Positions 34,902-44,373 of a stretch of DNA of 64,000 bases are shown piece after piece. The position numbers and the translations under genes are program-made. Origin of the DNA: a virus. Each line of letters starts with the position of its first letter. The stretch's first letter is position 1. The DNA is taken from positions 43,824 to 107,823 of the IMG/VR virus record IMGVR_UViG_3300006928_000001; one strand, given 5' to 3'. Under the pieces are notes generated by a model, which worked only from the letters and a program-made list of their open reading frames with translations, was not told the origin of the DNA and ran no database searches.

Positions 34902-36690
34902 CTTGAAGCCCAGCGACCAGCTGGAGATGATCGCGGATAACATCCGTACCGGCAATAAGGCCGGTGAAATCACAGCCCTTGGAGCCTGCGTGTTCGCTGG
35001 TGGGTTTAGCTTCGGCTTGGAAGAAGCTGGGTTGAAGGTGTGCGGGCATTTTGAGCTCACTGACCTTGAGCTAGGTGCAGAGACTTCGGCAGCGAAGTGG
35101 CCTGTTCTAGTGGCTCCGCTGGAGAAGGGGTACGAGCCGAATAGTGCGTTTCCTACTGACCCCACGACCTGGCAGAGTGCTATTACGTACCTGAAGGATA
35201 ACGACGCCATCCCTCGGGTGATGTTCTGCAATCCCCCATGTGCTGCTTTCGCCAAGAATGGTGCTCGTGGTGGCATGGATGATAACGACAACATGTGTTA
35301 CAGTCGTTACGTCACCTACCAGCTATGTATGAAGATTCAGCCGGAAGTGTGGATGTGGGAGCTCGTGCCTGGCATCTTCGAGGATACCAAGGATGGTGGC
35401 CGTGACTTCCTCGACAAGATGGCTGAGGAGGCTCAGGCCAACGGCTATGAGGTTCACTACTTCCTGACCTCCGCTGCTCACCACGGTGGGTACCAGAATC
35501 GTCCTCGGTTCCACTTTGTGGCCTCCAAGGTAGGTCTGGACTGGGCTGGTACCTACAAGGAGGATGGAGATGAGCATAAGGGGTGGAAAACGCTAGGAGA
35601 ATGCCTTGATAAGCTCGAGCAATACATCGCAGAGAACGGCCCAGTGCCGAATCATGAAGGTGAACGCATCTCTGGAGGGGCACTCCTGGACATTATCCCG
35701 TTTTGCCCGCCCGGTGGCTACCTCCGGGACGTCAAAGACGAACTCATGGAGAAGCATTATCGGCCCCGTGGACAGCCGTGGAATGGTCAGAGTCGTGCCG
35801 GTGTGACACAGTTGCGCGGTCGTCGAGACCGTACTAGTCCAGTCATCATCGGTGGTCACACAGTTATTCATCCTGAGAAGAACCGTTTCCTTACGATCCG
35901 TGAATCCGCAGCTGTTATGGGTTTCCCGTACGACTACCAGTTCAGTCACGGTAGCAAGGGCTACGCAGAAGTCGGCAAGGGACTCTGTACGCACAACGCT
36001 AGGTTCCTTGGTCTGACGGTGAAGACTGGCATCGAGCTTCAGGAAGCTGGTAACGGCATTACGGTCGACACGACCAAGGTGCACGTCGTTGACTGGCGTG
36101 GCCAGGTCAAGGTTCCTAGTCAGTCCTCTACTGACGAGGAGCGAATCGAGTGGTTCAAGAAGCGTCACCCTGAGTTGGACCCGCAGCTTGGTTTGGCTCG
36201 GCCTAAGCGTGGGCCTGGTCGCCCGAAGGGTGGTAGTTCGCGACGTGGTCGTCGTGGCCGCGGAGGTCCTAAGACTGTTCTCATTATCGGTGACAACGAA
36301 GAGCTCCAGGAAACCTTGGAGAAGATGGAGTTTAACGTCGAGATGGATGACCTCGACAACATCGAGATGGACGACCTTCCTGAGGTTCTCGGTAAGGCGG
36401 GGCGCTCTCACTGCATTGTCGTGAGGGGGCCTTCCTGGGATACACAGGAGTTTATGGTTCTCGGTGCGTGTCTGGCTCAAGGGACGCGACTGGTTCTGTA
36501 CAACTTTGCAGGACTTCCGGAAGGAGTCCCGGATCATGCGTCTATTACCGTGTCTGGTAAGAACAAGACGACGGCTGTGGCACCAATTATCGCGCAGGCT
36601 CTTGGTATGAGTGCCGAGGATGTGCTTAGCAAGATGATGGAAGGGCAGGATGCTGCATCTCTCCTGGCGAAGCTGTTGGAGGCGTCGTAA
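34888..36690 (+). CDS. C5-cytosine DNA methyltransferase with AT-hook/RGG linker and extra C-terminal domain
   Basis: FAGGFSFG (I), NPPC (IV), ELV (VI), QNRPR (VIII), RFLTIRESAAVMGFP (IX), VGKGL (X). Confidence 0.9.
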   Translation: MNSRNLKPSDQLEMIADNIRTGNKAGEITALGACVFAGGFSFGLEEAGLKVCGHFELTDLELGAETSAAKWPVLVAPLEKGYEPNSAFPTDPTTWQSAITYLKDNDAIPRVMFCNPPCAAFAKNGARGGMDDNDNMCYSRYVTYQLCMKIQPEVWMWELVPGIFEDTKDGGRDFLDKMAEEAQANGYEVHYFLTSAAHHGGYQNRPRFHFVASKVGLDWAGTYKEDGDEHKGWKTLGECLDKLEQYIAENGPVPNHEGERISGGALLDIIPFCPPGGYLRDVKDELMEKHYRPRGQPWNGQSRAGVTQLRGRRDRTSPVIIGGHTVIHPEKNRFLTIRESAAVMGFPYDYQFSHGSKGYAEVGKGLCTHNARFLGLTVKTGIELQEAGNGITVDTTKVHVVDWRGQVKVPSQSSTDEERIEWFKKRHPELDPQLGLARPKRGPGRPKGGSSRRGRRGRGGPKTVLIIGDNEELQETLEKMEFNVEMDDLDNIEMDDLPEVLGKAGRSHCIVVRGPSWDTQEFMVLGACLAQGTRLVLYNFAGLPEGVPDHASITVSGKNKTTAVAPIIAQALGMSAEDVLSKMMEGQDAASLLAKLLEAS

Positions 36691-37136
36691 TGGCTGACTT
36701 TTGTCATGACTTCGACCCTGGTGGTCTCGGTGGGTATCACCCGTTAGGCGATTTTTCTTGGGCTCTTGAAAAGTGGGGATCGAAGCTAAAGGTGGACGAA
36801 TTTGTTAGACTTGGTCTTTGCGAAGGTCATGGATGCGGGGTTGCCCTAGAGAGGCACGAAGATGGTTTAACATTAGTCCACTACGAGTTTTCCGACTTCC
36901 CTCTTACAGATGGTGAAGAAGTTCCTCCACCAAAGAAGATTCCTGAGTCGTTTACAGTGACTCCTGAAGTCATACTAGAGGTTGAAATACAGAATTTTAC
37001 TCAGCAGATGCTAGTTCAGCAAATTAGTGAGGGGCACTTCGACGAAAATCTTGATCACGTACTAAAGGTGGCGGATAAGTTCGAGCGGTATGAAGTTGTT
37101 GAGGCTGTTCATTCGCGTCAGGAGAAAATTCAATGA
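36690..37136 (+). CDS. Hypothetical protein
   Basis: TAATG coupling to the MTase. Confidence 0.6.
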   Translation: MADFCHDFDPGGLGGYHPLGDFSWALEKWGSKLKVDEFVRLGLCEGHGCGVALERHEDGLTLVHYEFSDFPLTDGEEVPPPKKIPESFTVTPEVILEVEIQNFTQQMLVQQISEGHFDENLDHVLKVADKFERYEVVEAVHSRQEKIQ

Positions 37137-37435
37137 GTTCTGAAGAAGAAACCAAGACCACTGAAATTCAGCTCGACCCTGAACGAGTTCAGTATCTTGC
37201 TACTAAGGTCATGGAACTGCTGGAAGAAGAAGGCGCTAAGAACGAAGAACTGATGGTCGTCCTGCCGATTGTCGCGTCTTCTGTCATTCTCAACTTTACT
37301 GCGGACTATCAGTGCGCCGTTGGTTCTGCTGCTAGTACGTTCATGCAAAAAGTGGACCATTTTGTCATGGTTTCCATCCAGGATGCACTTGAGAAGGGCA
37401 CTGCTGACCTTGTGGAACCTAAGTCTGATGGTTAA
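37133..37435 (+). CDS. Hypothetical protein
   Basis: AGGAG RBS. Confidence 0.6.
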   Translation: MSSEEETKTTEIQLDPERVQYLATKVMELLEEEGAKNEELMVVLPIVASSVILNFTADYQCAVGSAASTFMQKVDHFVMVSIQDALEKGTADLVEPKSDG

Positions 37436-37677
37436 GGTACCAGGATTTGATATTGCAGCAGCCACTCTCTGGGCGTTCCATGAGAGTGGCTGCTGGATGG
37501 CTCTACGTTGTAATATCGCGTGCAACGGGTGGGAAAGTTCGCTAGGTCAATTCTTCGAGCCTGGTTCTATGCTCGGTGATGGATGGACCTTCATTCCGGG
37601 CCGGTCTGAGGACCAACTACCAATCAAACCTGAAAGACGCATCCAAGTACAGCAGATTAAATGGGAGAACATGACGC

Positions 37678-38106
37678 ATGTCTACGGAAATTTCACGACA
37701 GGAATTCATCAAGTCGATCGCACCTACTTCGCGCGTATGTCTAGTCGGGAGTACCCGGTATTTGGCCGACTTCATTAAGTGGAATGCTGAGCTGACGAAG
37801 GTTGGTAGTATCGTACTGTCCATTTCGTGTGTTTTGCATGACAAAGATGCTAACGAATTCATGGCTGACAGGCTGGATGATGTACACAAGAGGAAAATTG
37901 ACATTAGCCACTGCGTTCTGGTGATGGACCCGTTGCCAGACGTGTATACAGGGAAGTCTACGGCTAGCGAGCTTGAGTACGCTGAATCTAGGCAGAAAGA
38001 AGTGTTCCGGTTGTCGAAGTGGGGTGTGCACGAAGTAAATCTAGAGGACGAGCTTCGAAGGCAGCTGTGTATCACTCCGAAGATGAGGTTTGACCGTGGG
38101 AAGTAA
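37678..38106 (+). CDS. Nucleoside 2-deoxyribosyltransferase-like protein
   Basis: CLVGSTRY...HKRKIDISHCVLV...YTGKSTASELEYA. Confidence 0.7.
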   Translation: MSTEISRQEFIKSIAPTSRVCLVGSTRYLADFIKWNAELTKVGSIVLSISCVLHDKDANEFMADRLDDVHKRKIDISHCVLVMDPLPDVYTGKSTASELEYAESRQKEVFRLSKWGVHEVNLEDELRRQLCITPKMRFDRGK

Positions 38107-38560
38107 GCAGGCGTACACCTTGGGATTTGGTATCGGCCCTTTTCAAGACGATATTCAAACCATCATGGTGCGGAAGCGAGCATCTAGTGAAGTTCCTGCC
38201 TCCGTTAGAGGGATGCTCAATGCCCCTGGTGGTCATGTTGAACCGAACGAGATGCCTGTTGAAGGGATGATCCGTGAGTATGAGGAGGAGACTGGGCTCT
38301 ATGTAGCAGTCCAGAGATGGCATCAGTTTGCCACTGTTTTCGGCAATAATTACAGGCTTCACTGTTTCAGGGCAGTAATCTCCCCGATTGAGTTTGGAGC
38401 GGCGCTGATGCATACTGGTACTAGTGAGCCTACTGAGGCTGTTTCAATTCCTCTGATGGGTCAAATGAATGATTTGGCACTCCACGTGGTTTGGCTAGCA
38501 CCAATGGCCTGTGATATGACCATTAAGGGCTGTGCTAACATTCATCTGGAGGGCGCGTGA
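38090..38560 (+). CDS. NUDIX hydrolase
   Basis: Nudix box GHVEPNEMPVEGMIREYEEETGL. Confidence 0.9.
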   Translation: MTVGSKQAYTLGFGIGPFQDDIQTIMVRKRASSEVPASVRGMLNAPGGHVEPNEMPVEGMIREYEEETGLYVAVQRWHQFATVFGNNYRLHCFRAVISPIEFGAALMHTGTSEPTEAVSIPLMGQMNDLALHVVWLAPMACDMTIKGCANIHLEGA

Positions 38561-39345
38561 ATATCTATCCTACTAGTTTGGACCCTGAAAAGGCCGCTAG
38601 GGCATGTTGTGACGTCCATACTAGCAAAATGATGCTCGAAACAGCTCAGATGCTCAATACTGCGGCTCTAGCCCTTGGATACGATGATCCAGTTTACGGA
38701 AAGATGTCGCCAGGCGACAAGTGTACCGTGTGGGTTGGTAAGTCTCGTGAAAATTGGGACTGGATGGTTGAGCACGGCATGGCTTACTTTGACGAATTTC
38801 AAAAGAGAAAGAAAAAGGGCCATAAGGCGTTTATCGGGCTACTTTGGGCTAAGCAGCTCAACCCAGAGAAGGATAGGTTCCCATTCGAGGGCCTAACCCC
38901 CTTCCCGATGAAGGTTTGGCCGCGCGTAGAACTTGTTCCACAGCACCCTCAGGAGTGCGTGCCCGTGTACAAGAGGTACTACGGACGCAAAGAAGAGGCT
39001 TGGATGATCGTGGCGAAGGCTGAGGCACTTATCCGTCTAGCGGCTGGACATCGCCTCAGTAAAGGCTCTAGGCCCATTATGGAATGGACTGAGCCTGGTT
39101 TTCGACCAGATTGGATGCCGGAAAGGCCTGAAAGTTGGTCGTGGATTCCAAATGATCAGTTTATCTCTGAAGCGATTCAGTACGCGGACAGCAATCCTGA
39201 CATGTTTGATAGATCACAAATGGGGTTTGCTGCCTTTAAGCGGGTAGCTGTTAACCACCGGCAGTGGTTTGTCAATCTCGCGTCGCAGGACTTCGAAAAC
39301 GTTGATGTGGAAGTCGCCAAAGAACTGATTAGACTCGCCTCTTAG
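38557..39345 (+). CDS. Pyrimidine-dimer DNA glycosylase-like protein
   Basis: MNIY..DPEKAA...DVHTSKMMLETAQMLNTA...CTVWV..SRENW. Confidence 0.8.
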   Translation: MNIYPTSLDPEKAARACCDVHTSKMMLETAQMLNTAALALGYDDPVYGKMSPGDKCTVWVGKSRENWDWMVEHGMAYFDEFQKRKKKGHKAFIGLLWAKQLNPEKDRFPFEGLTPFPMKVWPRVELVPQHPQECVPVYKRYYGRKEEAWMIVAKAEALIRLAAGHRLSKGSRPIMEWTEPGFRPDWMPERPESWSWIPNDQFISEAIQYADSNPDMFDRSQMGFAAFKRVAVNHRQWFVNLASQDFENVDVEVAKELIRLAS

Positions 39346-39354
39346 GAGGCAGTA

Positions 39355-39903
39355 ATGCGTATTCTGCTCTACGATAATACTCAGGGCTTTATGTCGTGGA
39401 TTTGGTGGCTTGGGTCTTTCCTGTCTTCGTGGGACCACAAGGCAGGCGTAGCTTCTTGGGATGAAGCTATCACTGAAGCCGCTAAGTGTAGAGCGCCAGT
39501 ACGAGAAATCCAGTTTTGGGGACATGGTGTCGCCGGGTCCCCACTCATTAACGGTTTCTCTGTTTCGTCAGAGATGTTGTATGGGCTAGCAGAAGCGGCT
39601 AGATTTCGACGGGTAGCTAACCCGTTTATTTGGTTCCGCTGCTGCGAAGTTTTTTCGCGGTCCAGTGGTGAGCGATTCGCTATCGCAGCTGTTCGTGCAA
39701 CAAACGCCACGATTATTGCTCATACAAGAGTAATCGGCATTTTTCAGTCCGGTGGTTACGCACTTCGACCCGGAGAGTGTGTTTGGTGGGACTCGTACGA
39801 GGGCATTGATAATAATACGGGTAGAACAACTAGATCACAGCCGTGGTATAAGAATACCATTTTCGCTTTTCGAATGAGTGTTCCGCATTCCTGGTGGAGA
39901 TAA
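39355..39903 (+). CDS. DUF4347-like protein
   Basis: EIQFWGHG...IWFRCC...IAHT. Confidence 0.55.
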   Translation: MRILLYDNTQGFMSWIWWLGSFLSSWDHKAGVASWDEAITEAAKCRAPVREIQFWGHGVAGSPLINGFSVSSEMLYGLAEAARFRRVANPFIWFRCCEVFSRSSGERFAIAAVRATNATIIAHTRVIGIFQSGGYALRPGECVWWDSYEGIDNNTGRTTRSQPWYKNTIFAFRMSVPHSWWR

Positions 39904-40580
39904 ACATGCTTACGTACTTTCTACTGGTCTTCTTTCTGATCGTGGTCGGTGTACCAGTGGTGAATTTTTTCATCAATTTCATCGACCAAAAGAAGCTCGG
40001 TTTGGTGGTTTTTGGTGCAGTTACCACAGTTGTTGTTGGTTCCATTTTCTACGGTGTTTTTCTTGTAGAACCTGTTGTACCTAAGGTTAGGTACTCGAAA
40101 GACGCCATTCCAGTTCGTCTATGTGGTTCTATGCTAGACCAGATGATGATTTTGGAATCTATTCGTGAAGATACTGTTCCTCAGTGCGAGATTGAGTGGC
40201 TTTACGCTGAAGGTGCCTGCGGTTGTCAGCCCGCGGGCAAGCATGATGTTCCTTACCACTTTGTAGAGTGGGTTGAGAGCCCTACAGACGAAAATAGAGG
40301 CTTTACACCACGAGTTGCTGGATCACAGAAGTGGATTGACGAAGACGGTAAAGAAGTTACCGTTGGTGAGCTTAAGGGTGGTTGTACGCGTAGTACTCAG
40401 AACCTTAAGAGCATGCGACATGAACTCGTTCACATTTGTGGATACCATCACGCAATTGGTAATGCCGTTACAAAAAATGTGCGTGGTCACGTGATGAGTC
40501 GAGACACTGATTCGATTGGGGACGATACACGTGGTCTGGACGTCGACCATGATGCCCTGTACACTCCATTTATCGAGTAG
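39894..40580 (+). CDS. Membrane-anchored metzincin-like zinc protease
   Basis: Two N-terminal TM helices; HELVHICGYHH (HExxHxxGxxH) with a downstream HVM Met-turn. Confidence 0.7.
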   Translation: MEINMLTYFLLVFFLIVVGVPVVNFFINFIDQKKLGLVVFGAVTTVVVGSIFYGVFLVEPVVPKVRYSKDAIPVRLCGSMLDQMMILESIREDTVPQCEIEWLYAEGACGCQPAGKHDVPYHFVEWVESPTDENRGFTPRVAGSQKWIDEDGKEVTVGELKGGCTRSTQNLKSMRHELVHICGYHHAIGNAVTKNVRGHVMSRDTDSIGDDTRGLDVDHDALYTPFIE

Positions 40581-40589
40581 GAGTCAGTC

Positions 40590-40916
40590 TTGGCCGCGAC
40601 CCCGATTGCTGTTGATGGCACTACCACTAAAATCACGTTGCCATTGAACACTGCTGGTAAGCAGTTGATTCCGATGAAGGGTGCTGATTTTGAGGACAAG
40701 GTCATTTTGTTCCATTGGCCTGTTGCCAGTGAGGACGTTGCCAACGTGGTTTACGTCCTCATGGGCGCCGAAGATGCAGCAGACGACTCTTCTGCTCTTC
40801 TTGCTGTGCCTCTAAGGCCCGATTCCGAATGGAAGGCAGTTTGGCCCATCACGTCTGACGCTAACCTAGTGGTGTATGGCTCTTCTGATTTTGACATTCT
40901 CACCACGGTGCTCTGA
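40590..40916 (+). CDS. Small beta-rich virion-associated protein
   Basis: AGGAGT RBS, TTG start, TGATG-coupled to the next gene. Confidence 0.5.
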   Translation: MAATPIAVDGTTTKITLPLNTAGKQLIPMKGADFEDKVILFHWPVASEDVANVVYVLMGAEDAADDSSALLAVPLRPDSEWKAVWPITSDANLVVYGSSDFDILTTVL

Positions 40917-42703
40917 TGCGTAGAGGTTCCAACGTCTGGAACACACTCGCTAGACTGGGTGGAGGCGTCAACCTAGGTCTGTACGCCGTTATTGCGGCAC
41001 TTTCCAGTAGCGGCAGTGGCGGAGCTGCTGTTACGTACGCTGTCGCCGATCAAGGCGGCCAGAGCGCGGGCGACCGCTACGGATCCTGGCCCACGCTCAC
41101 GGTGGGCGCCGACGACATTGTGCTCGACCCCTACACCGGCGAGTATGCGGCGGTCGATGCCGGATACGAGGTCGGCGACGAGGTGGGTGAAGGCCAGGCG
41201 TACGTGGGCGGCGTCGGGAAGGGTGACGGCACCTTCGCCATCTATGGTGAGCCTGCGAGCCAGCGGCGGCAAGGCTTCGACCAGATGGATTTCACCAACA
41301 ATGTTGGCGTGACGCTGGCCGGCGACGCCCATACCTTCATCGGTCGAGCAGCTCTCGGCCCTGGGTCTTCGACAGGAGAGAACCCATTTTTCGGCATCGA
41401 CGCGTCCGACCATCGGTGGGGGATTCAGTTCGTCAGCGCCAACGAGTTGAATGCGCGCCTGTTCGACAACTCCACGGTGCGGGCAACGGCTACGATCACG
41501 AGTGGCTCTGCGTTTGCCGCTGGCGAGACCGTCGTTGTTGCGGGCACGCAGGACAGTGAAGCCACGGCGACGACGCAGCTGATCGCCTGGCAGGACGATG
41601 GAAACGAGATCGACCGAGCGTCCGCGACATGGGGTGGCGGCGTCACCTCGCTTGCTGGCGAGTACCGAATCGGCCGAGGTCGTGGAGGCGGGGACTTCGT
41701 CAACGGCACCGTCCAGGTCTTGGGGGGAGTCGATGGATCGGCGCTCACCTTCGCACAGATGGAAGCGCTAGAACTACTGGTCAACGCGTCCCAGGATGCT
41801 GACGAGTTGACGCTGCTGGCCCCCATCGCGTGGGTCGACGGCGAGATCCGCGGCCTCTACTCCCGCGCGGCCGATGAGATCCTACCCGAGCTGTCCGGCG
41901 CTGGGGATCTGCCCCTCGTCGTGGTGCCCGAGGAGGCCGGGCCGACGTACACGCAGCCGTCCGAGGTGGCGGGGCTCGTCGCCGACTTCGATGCCTACCG
42001 AGGCGCGACCTACTCGGGAACGACGCTGACGGGGTGCCGCGACTTCGGACCGAATCGCTGGGACCTAACACACGCATCCACCGTGGGTCAGCGAACCGTC
42101 GACATGATCGGTCGCAGCGTCTTCCTGCCAGGGACCGGTGGTGGCACCTACCTGGAGCGGGCGATCACCACGACGGTGGAGGATTTCACCCTCATCTGTT
42201 CCATTCCGATCTCGTCGTACAGCTCGACAGGACGGAAGTATTTTTCCTGGAACGTCGCCGCAATCGCCACGTGGGGTCTGGAAATCGGCCAGGCCAGCTC
42301 GACCACGATGTCGGTGCTGGACCACACCGGCGCAGTCGTTGGCTCTCCCATCGTGCACGGGTCTCGGACGTCGGGCAACGGCGCACAGGCCCATGCAGTG
42401 CTCGTCGTGCGTCGGACCGTTGGTGGTAACGTCCTGATCGACGCCTGGTACGACCAGGACACGGGTGCCGGGGTCGTGCGCTCTACGCAGGTGGTCGCGG
42501 CCGACAGCTTCGCCGCGGCGATCGCCGTCACGGGCGTGTCGCTCGGTGGCCGGTACGGCTCCAGCCCGGGCAGCTGGAACGCGTTCAGTGGCGTCCATCG
42601 GGTCACCTGGCACGACAGCGCCCTCGATGATGACGACGTGGTAGCATTGGTGAAGGCCGCTATGGCACGTACCGGAAATGATCCTGACTCCGTGACTATT
42701 TAA
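40916..42703 (+). CDS. Concanavalin/LamG-like adhesin or fibre protein
   Basis: Two G/T/A-rich beta-sandwich-like modules (LVADFDA...WHDSALDDDDV). Confidence 0.6.
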   Translation: MRRGSNVWNTLARLGGGVNLGLYAVIAALSSSGSGGAAVTYAVADQGGQSAGDRYGSWPTLTVGADDIVLDPYTGEYAAVDAGYEVGDEVGEGQAYVGGVGKGDGTFAIYGEPASQRRQGFDQMDFTNNVGVTLAGDAHTFIGRAALGPGSSTGENPFFGIDASDHRWGIQFVSANELNARLFDNSTVRATATITSGSAFAAGETVVVAGTQDSEATATTQLIAWQDDGNEIDRASATWGGGVTSLAGEYRIGRGRGGGDFVNGTVQVLGGVDGSALTFAQMEALELLVNASQDADELTLLAPIAWVDGEIRGLYSRAADEILPELSGAGDLPLVVVPEEAGPTYTQPSEVAGLVADFDAYRGATYSGTTLTGCRDFGPNRWDLTHASTVGQRTVDMIGRSVFLPGTGGGTYLERAITTTVEDFTLICSIPISSYSSTGRKYFSWNVAAIATWGLEIGQASSTTMSVLDHTGAVVGSPIVHGSRTSGNGAQAHAVLVVRRTVGGNVLIDAWYDQDTGAGVVRSTQVVAADSFAAAIAVTGVSLGGRYGSSPGSWNAFSGVHRVTWHDSALDDDDVVALVKAAMARTGNDPDSVTI

Positions 42704-42715
42704 ACGGGACTTAAG

Positions 42716-42943
42716 ATGTTCATTATGTTTACTGCTAACGGCTTTGGTGCTGTTCAACTAGACGGAGCTATTGGTGATCTTTCTTGGGAACCCAACCAAG
42801 ACTTTGATGATGACGACAAGAACGGGCGTAAACCTCGTGGTGACGCTATTCAGTACGGCTCTGATTCTGGCGAGAGTCGTCGTCGGAAGCGTAATCAGCG
42901 GCGTAACAACCGTATGCTTGGGCGAGGAATGGTTCTAGTCTGA
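42716..42943 (+). CDS. Hypothetical protein
   Basis: Coupled ORF. Confidence 0.5.
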   Translation: MFIMFTANGFGAVQLDGAIGDLSWEPNQDFDDDDKNGRKPRGDAIQYGSDSGESRRRKRNQRRNNRMLGRGMVLV

Positions 42944-43353
42944 TGGTGTACCGTGCTATTGAAAAGCCTAAGCCTCCTGAGAATCCAAAAGTTCGATTGA
43001 GTAGGTTTAAGCGTGATCATGTTAGAATTATCGAGGTTCTTAGATGGTTGCGCCGCCATAATGGAATGGCACATATCGATACCAACGATTTTTTTAGGCA
43101 CATGGCCTTTCGCGGCATGGTTGACCCATTTGAAGGGATGATTGGAGGCATTGAACGCCCACTCAGCTCTACGAATAAGACTAGAGCGGTGTTCAACAGA
43201 GTCAAGACTCTTATGCTAGATTTGGGTCTAGCAGAAAAAGCCCCATCTAAGAAGGCAGATCGTATCAATCACAAGTTGATCATGACTCATGACGGTGCCG
43301 ATACCCTCAGGGACTGGGAGAACGAAGATGCTAGAGGCATCTACGTGCCATGA
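42943..43353 (+). CDS. Putative winged-helix DNA-binding protein
   Basis: VKTLMLDLGLAE...LIMTHDG pattern. Confidence 0.5.
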   Translation: MVYRAIEKPKPPENPKVRLSRFKRDHVRIIEVLRWLRRHNGMAHIDTNDFFRHMAFRGMVDPFEGMIGGIERPLSSTNKTRAVFNRVKTLMLDLGLAEKAPSKKADRINHKLIMTHDGADTLRDWENEDARGIYVP

Positions 43354-43392
43354 AGTTCGAACTGTAGCGAACTTCGCAGTACCCTTTCGGTA

Positions 43393-43421
43393 TGGACGCA
43401 ACCATCATCAAGAGGTAAACT
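43393..43421 (+). promoter_or_regulatory. Promoter of the head operon
   Basis: TGGACG-17 nt-TAAACT with GG before the -10; 8-bp inverted repeat GAAGTTCG/CGAACTTC just upstream. Confidence 0.5.
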
Positions 43422-43449
43422 GTCTAGGTACGAAGTCGGAGCGCTGGTC

Positions 43450-44373
43450 TTGAGTACTGAAGCTGCCACTCAGATTGCCATTCAGATCGCCATGAAGGCA
43501 GACCTACTTAGGTCTGATCTTCGTGAGGGTCTTGTGTGGTTTGTCAACTACGCAGCGCTTGATCCGACTTCCATCAAGGTCGATGACCTGGACCTTCATG
43601 GTGCAGGAATGCTTCCTGAAGACGTCGAAAAGTTCGCTCATCGTTGGCTTGGGTACAGTCGTTCTATCGACATCAATCATGATGGAGTCGGTCGACCTAT
43701 CCATGTTATCGAGTCCTTCTTTAACTCCGAAGATGTTAAGGCTGCATCATGGCCTATCAACTCCCATGCAGTTCGGTTTAACATCTCTCAAAGTCAGGAA
43801 GCCATGGACGGAATGCGTAATGGAACACTCAACAGTGTTTCTCTAGACGCATTGACCTTTAACAAGGTTGTAAGGCTTCCTGCCGCAGAAGCTAAGGCGT
43901 TCGCTCCAAATCAGGAGCCATTCGTCCCGCCCACTACGGTTAAGAAGTGGGCGGAAGAGCTTGCGCAAGATGGATATCCTGGTATTACCGGGGTTAAGCA
44001 AGTTGGTGACGGGATGTTTATTGCACAGCGATCGTGCGGACTTCCCGTTGCTATCACCATAAAGAACGGTGGCCTTGAAGCCAGTGCGGCATCTGGACCT
44101 TGGGCTCACATCGGAATGGCTCTCTGTACGTCTCCTTCTTTGACCAGGAACGCTATTCGACTTCCTGATGGCCCACAAGGTCAGCAGACCACCTTGATTG
44201 ACTCTTCTGTAGTTGACAAGATGCTTGCAGAACAGGGACTTTCCACCCCGGAACAGCGTGTTTCGGCGCTAGAAGCCTATATCGAATCTATCTCTGGCGG
44301 AATTGCTGGAGCTGCAGGCGGCGACCCTGATCCCATTCCTGGACTTCTCGAAGACGGGATGGAGATTACATGA
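43450..44373 (+). CDS. XkdF-like prohead protease
   Basis: DLHG...EDVEKFAHRW...IDINHDG...IESF...GTLNSVSL. Confidence 0.75.
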   Translation: MSTEAATQIAIQIAMKADLLRSDLREGLVWFVNYAALDPTSIKVDDLDLHGAGMLPEDVEKFAHRWLGYSRSIDINHDGVGRPIHVIESFFNSEDVKAASWPINSHAVRFNISQSQEAMDGMRNGTLNSVSLDALTFNKVVRLPAAEAKAFAPNQEPFVPPTTVKKWAEELAQDGYPGITGVKQVGDGMFIAQRSCGLPVAITIKNGGLEASAASGPWAHIGMALCTSPSLTRNAIRLPDGPQGQQTTLIDSSVVDKMLAEQGLSTPEQRVSALEAYIESISGGIAGAAGGDPDPIPGLLEDGMEIT

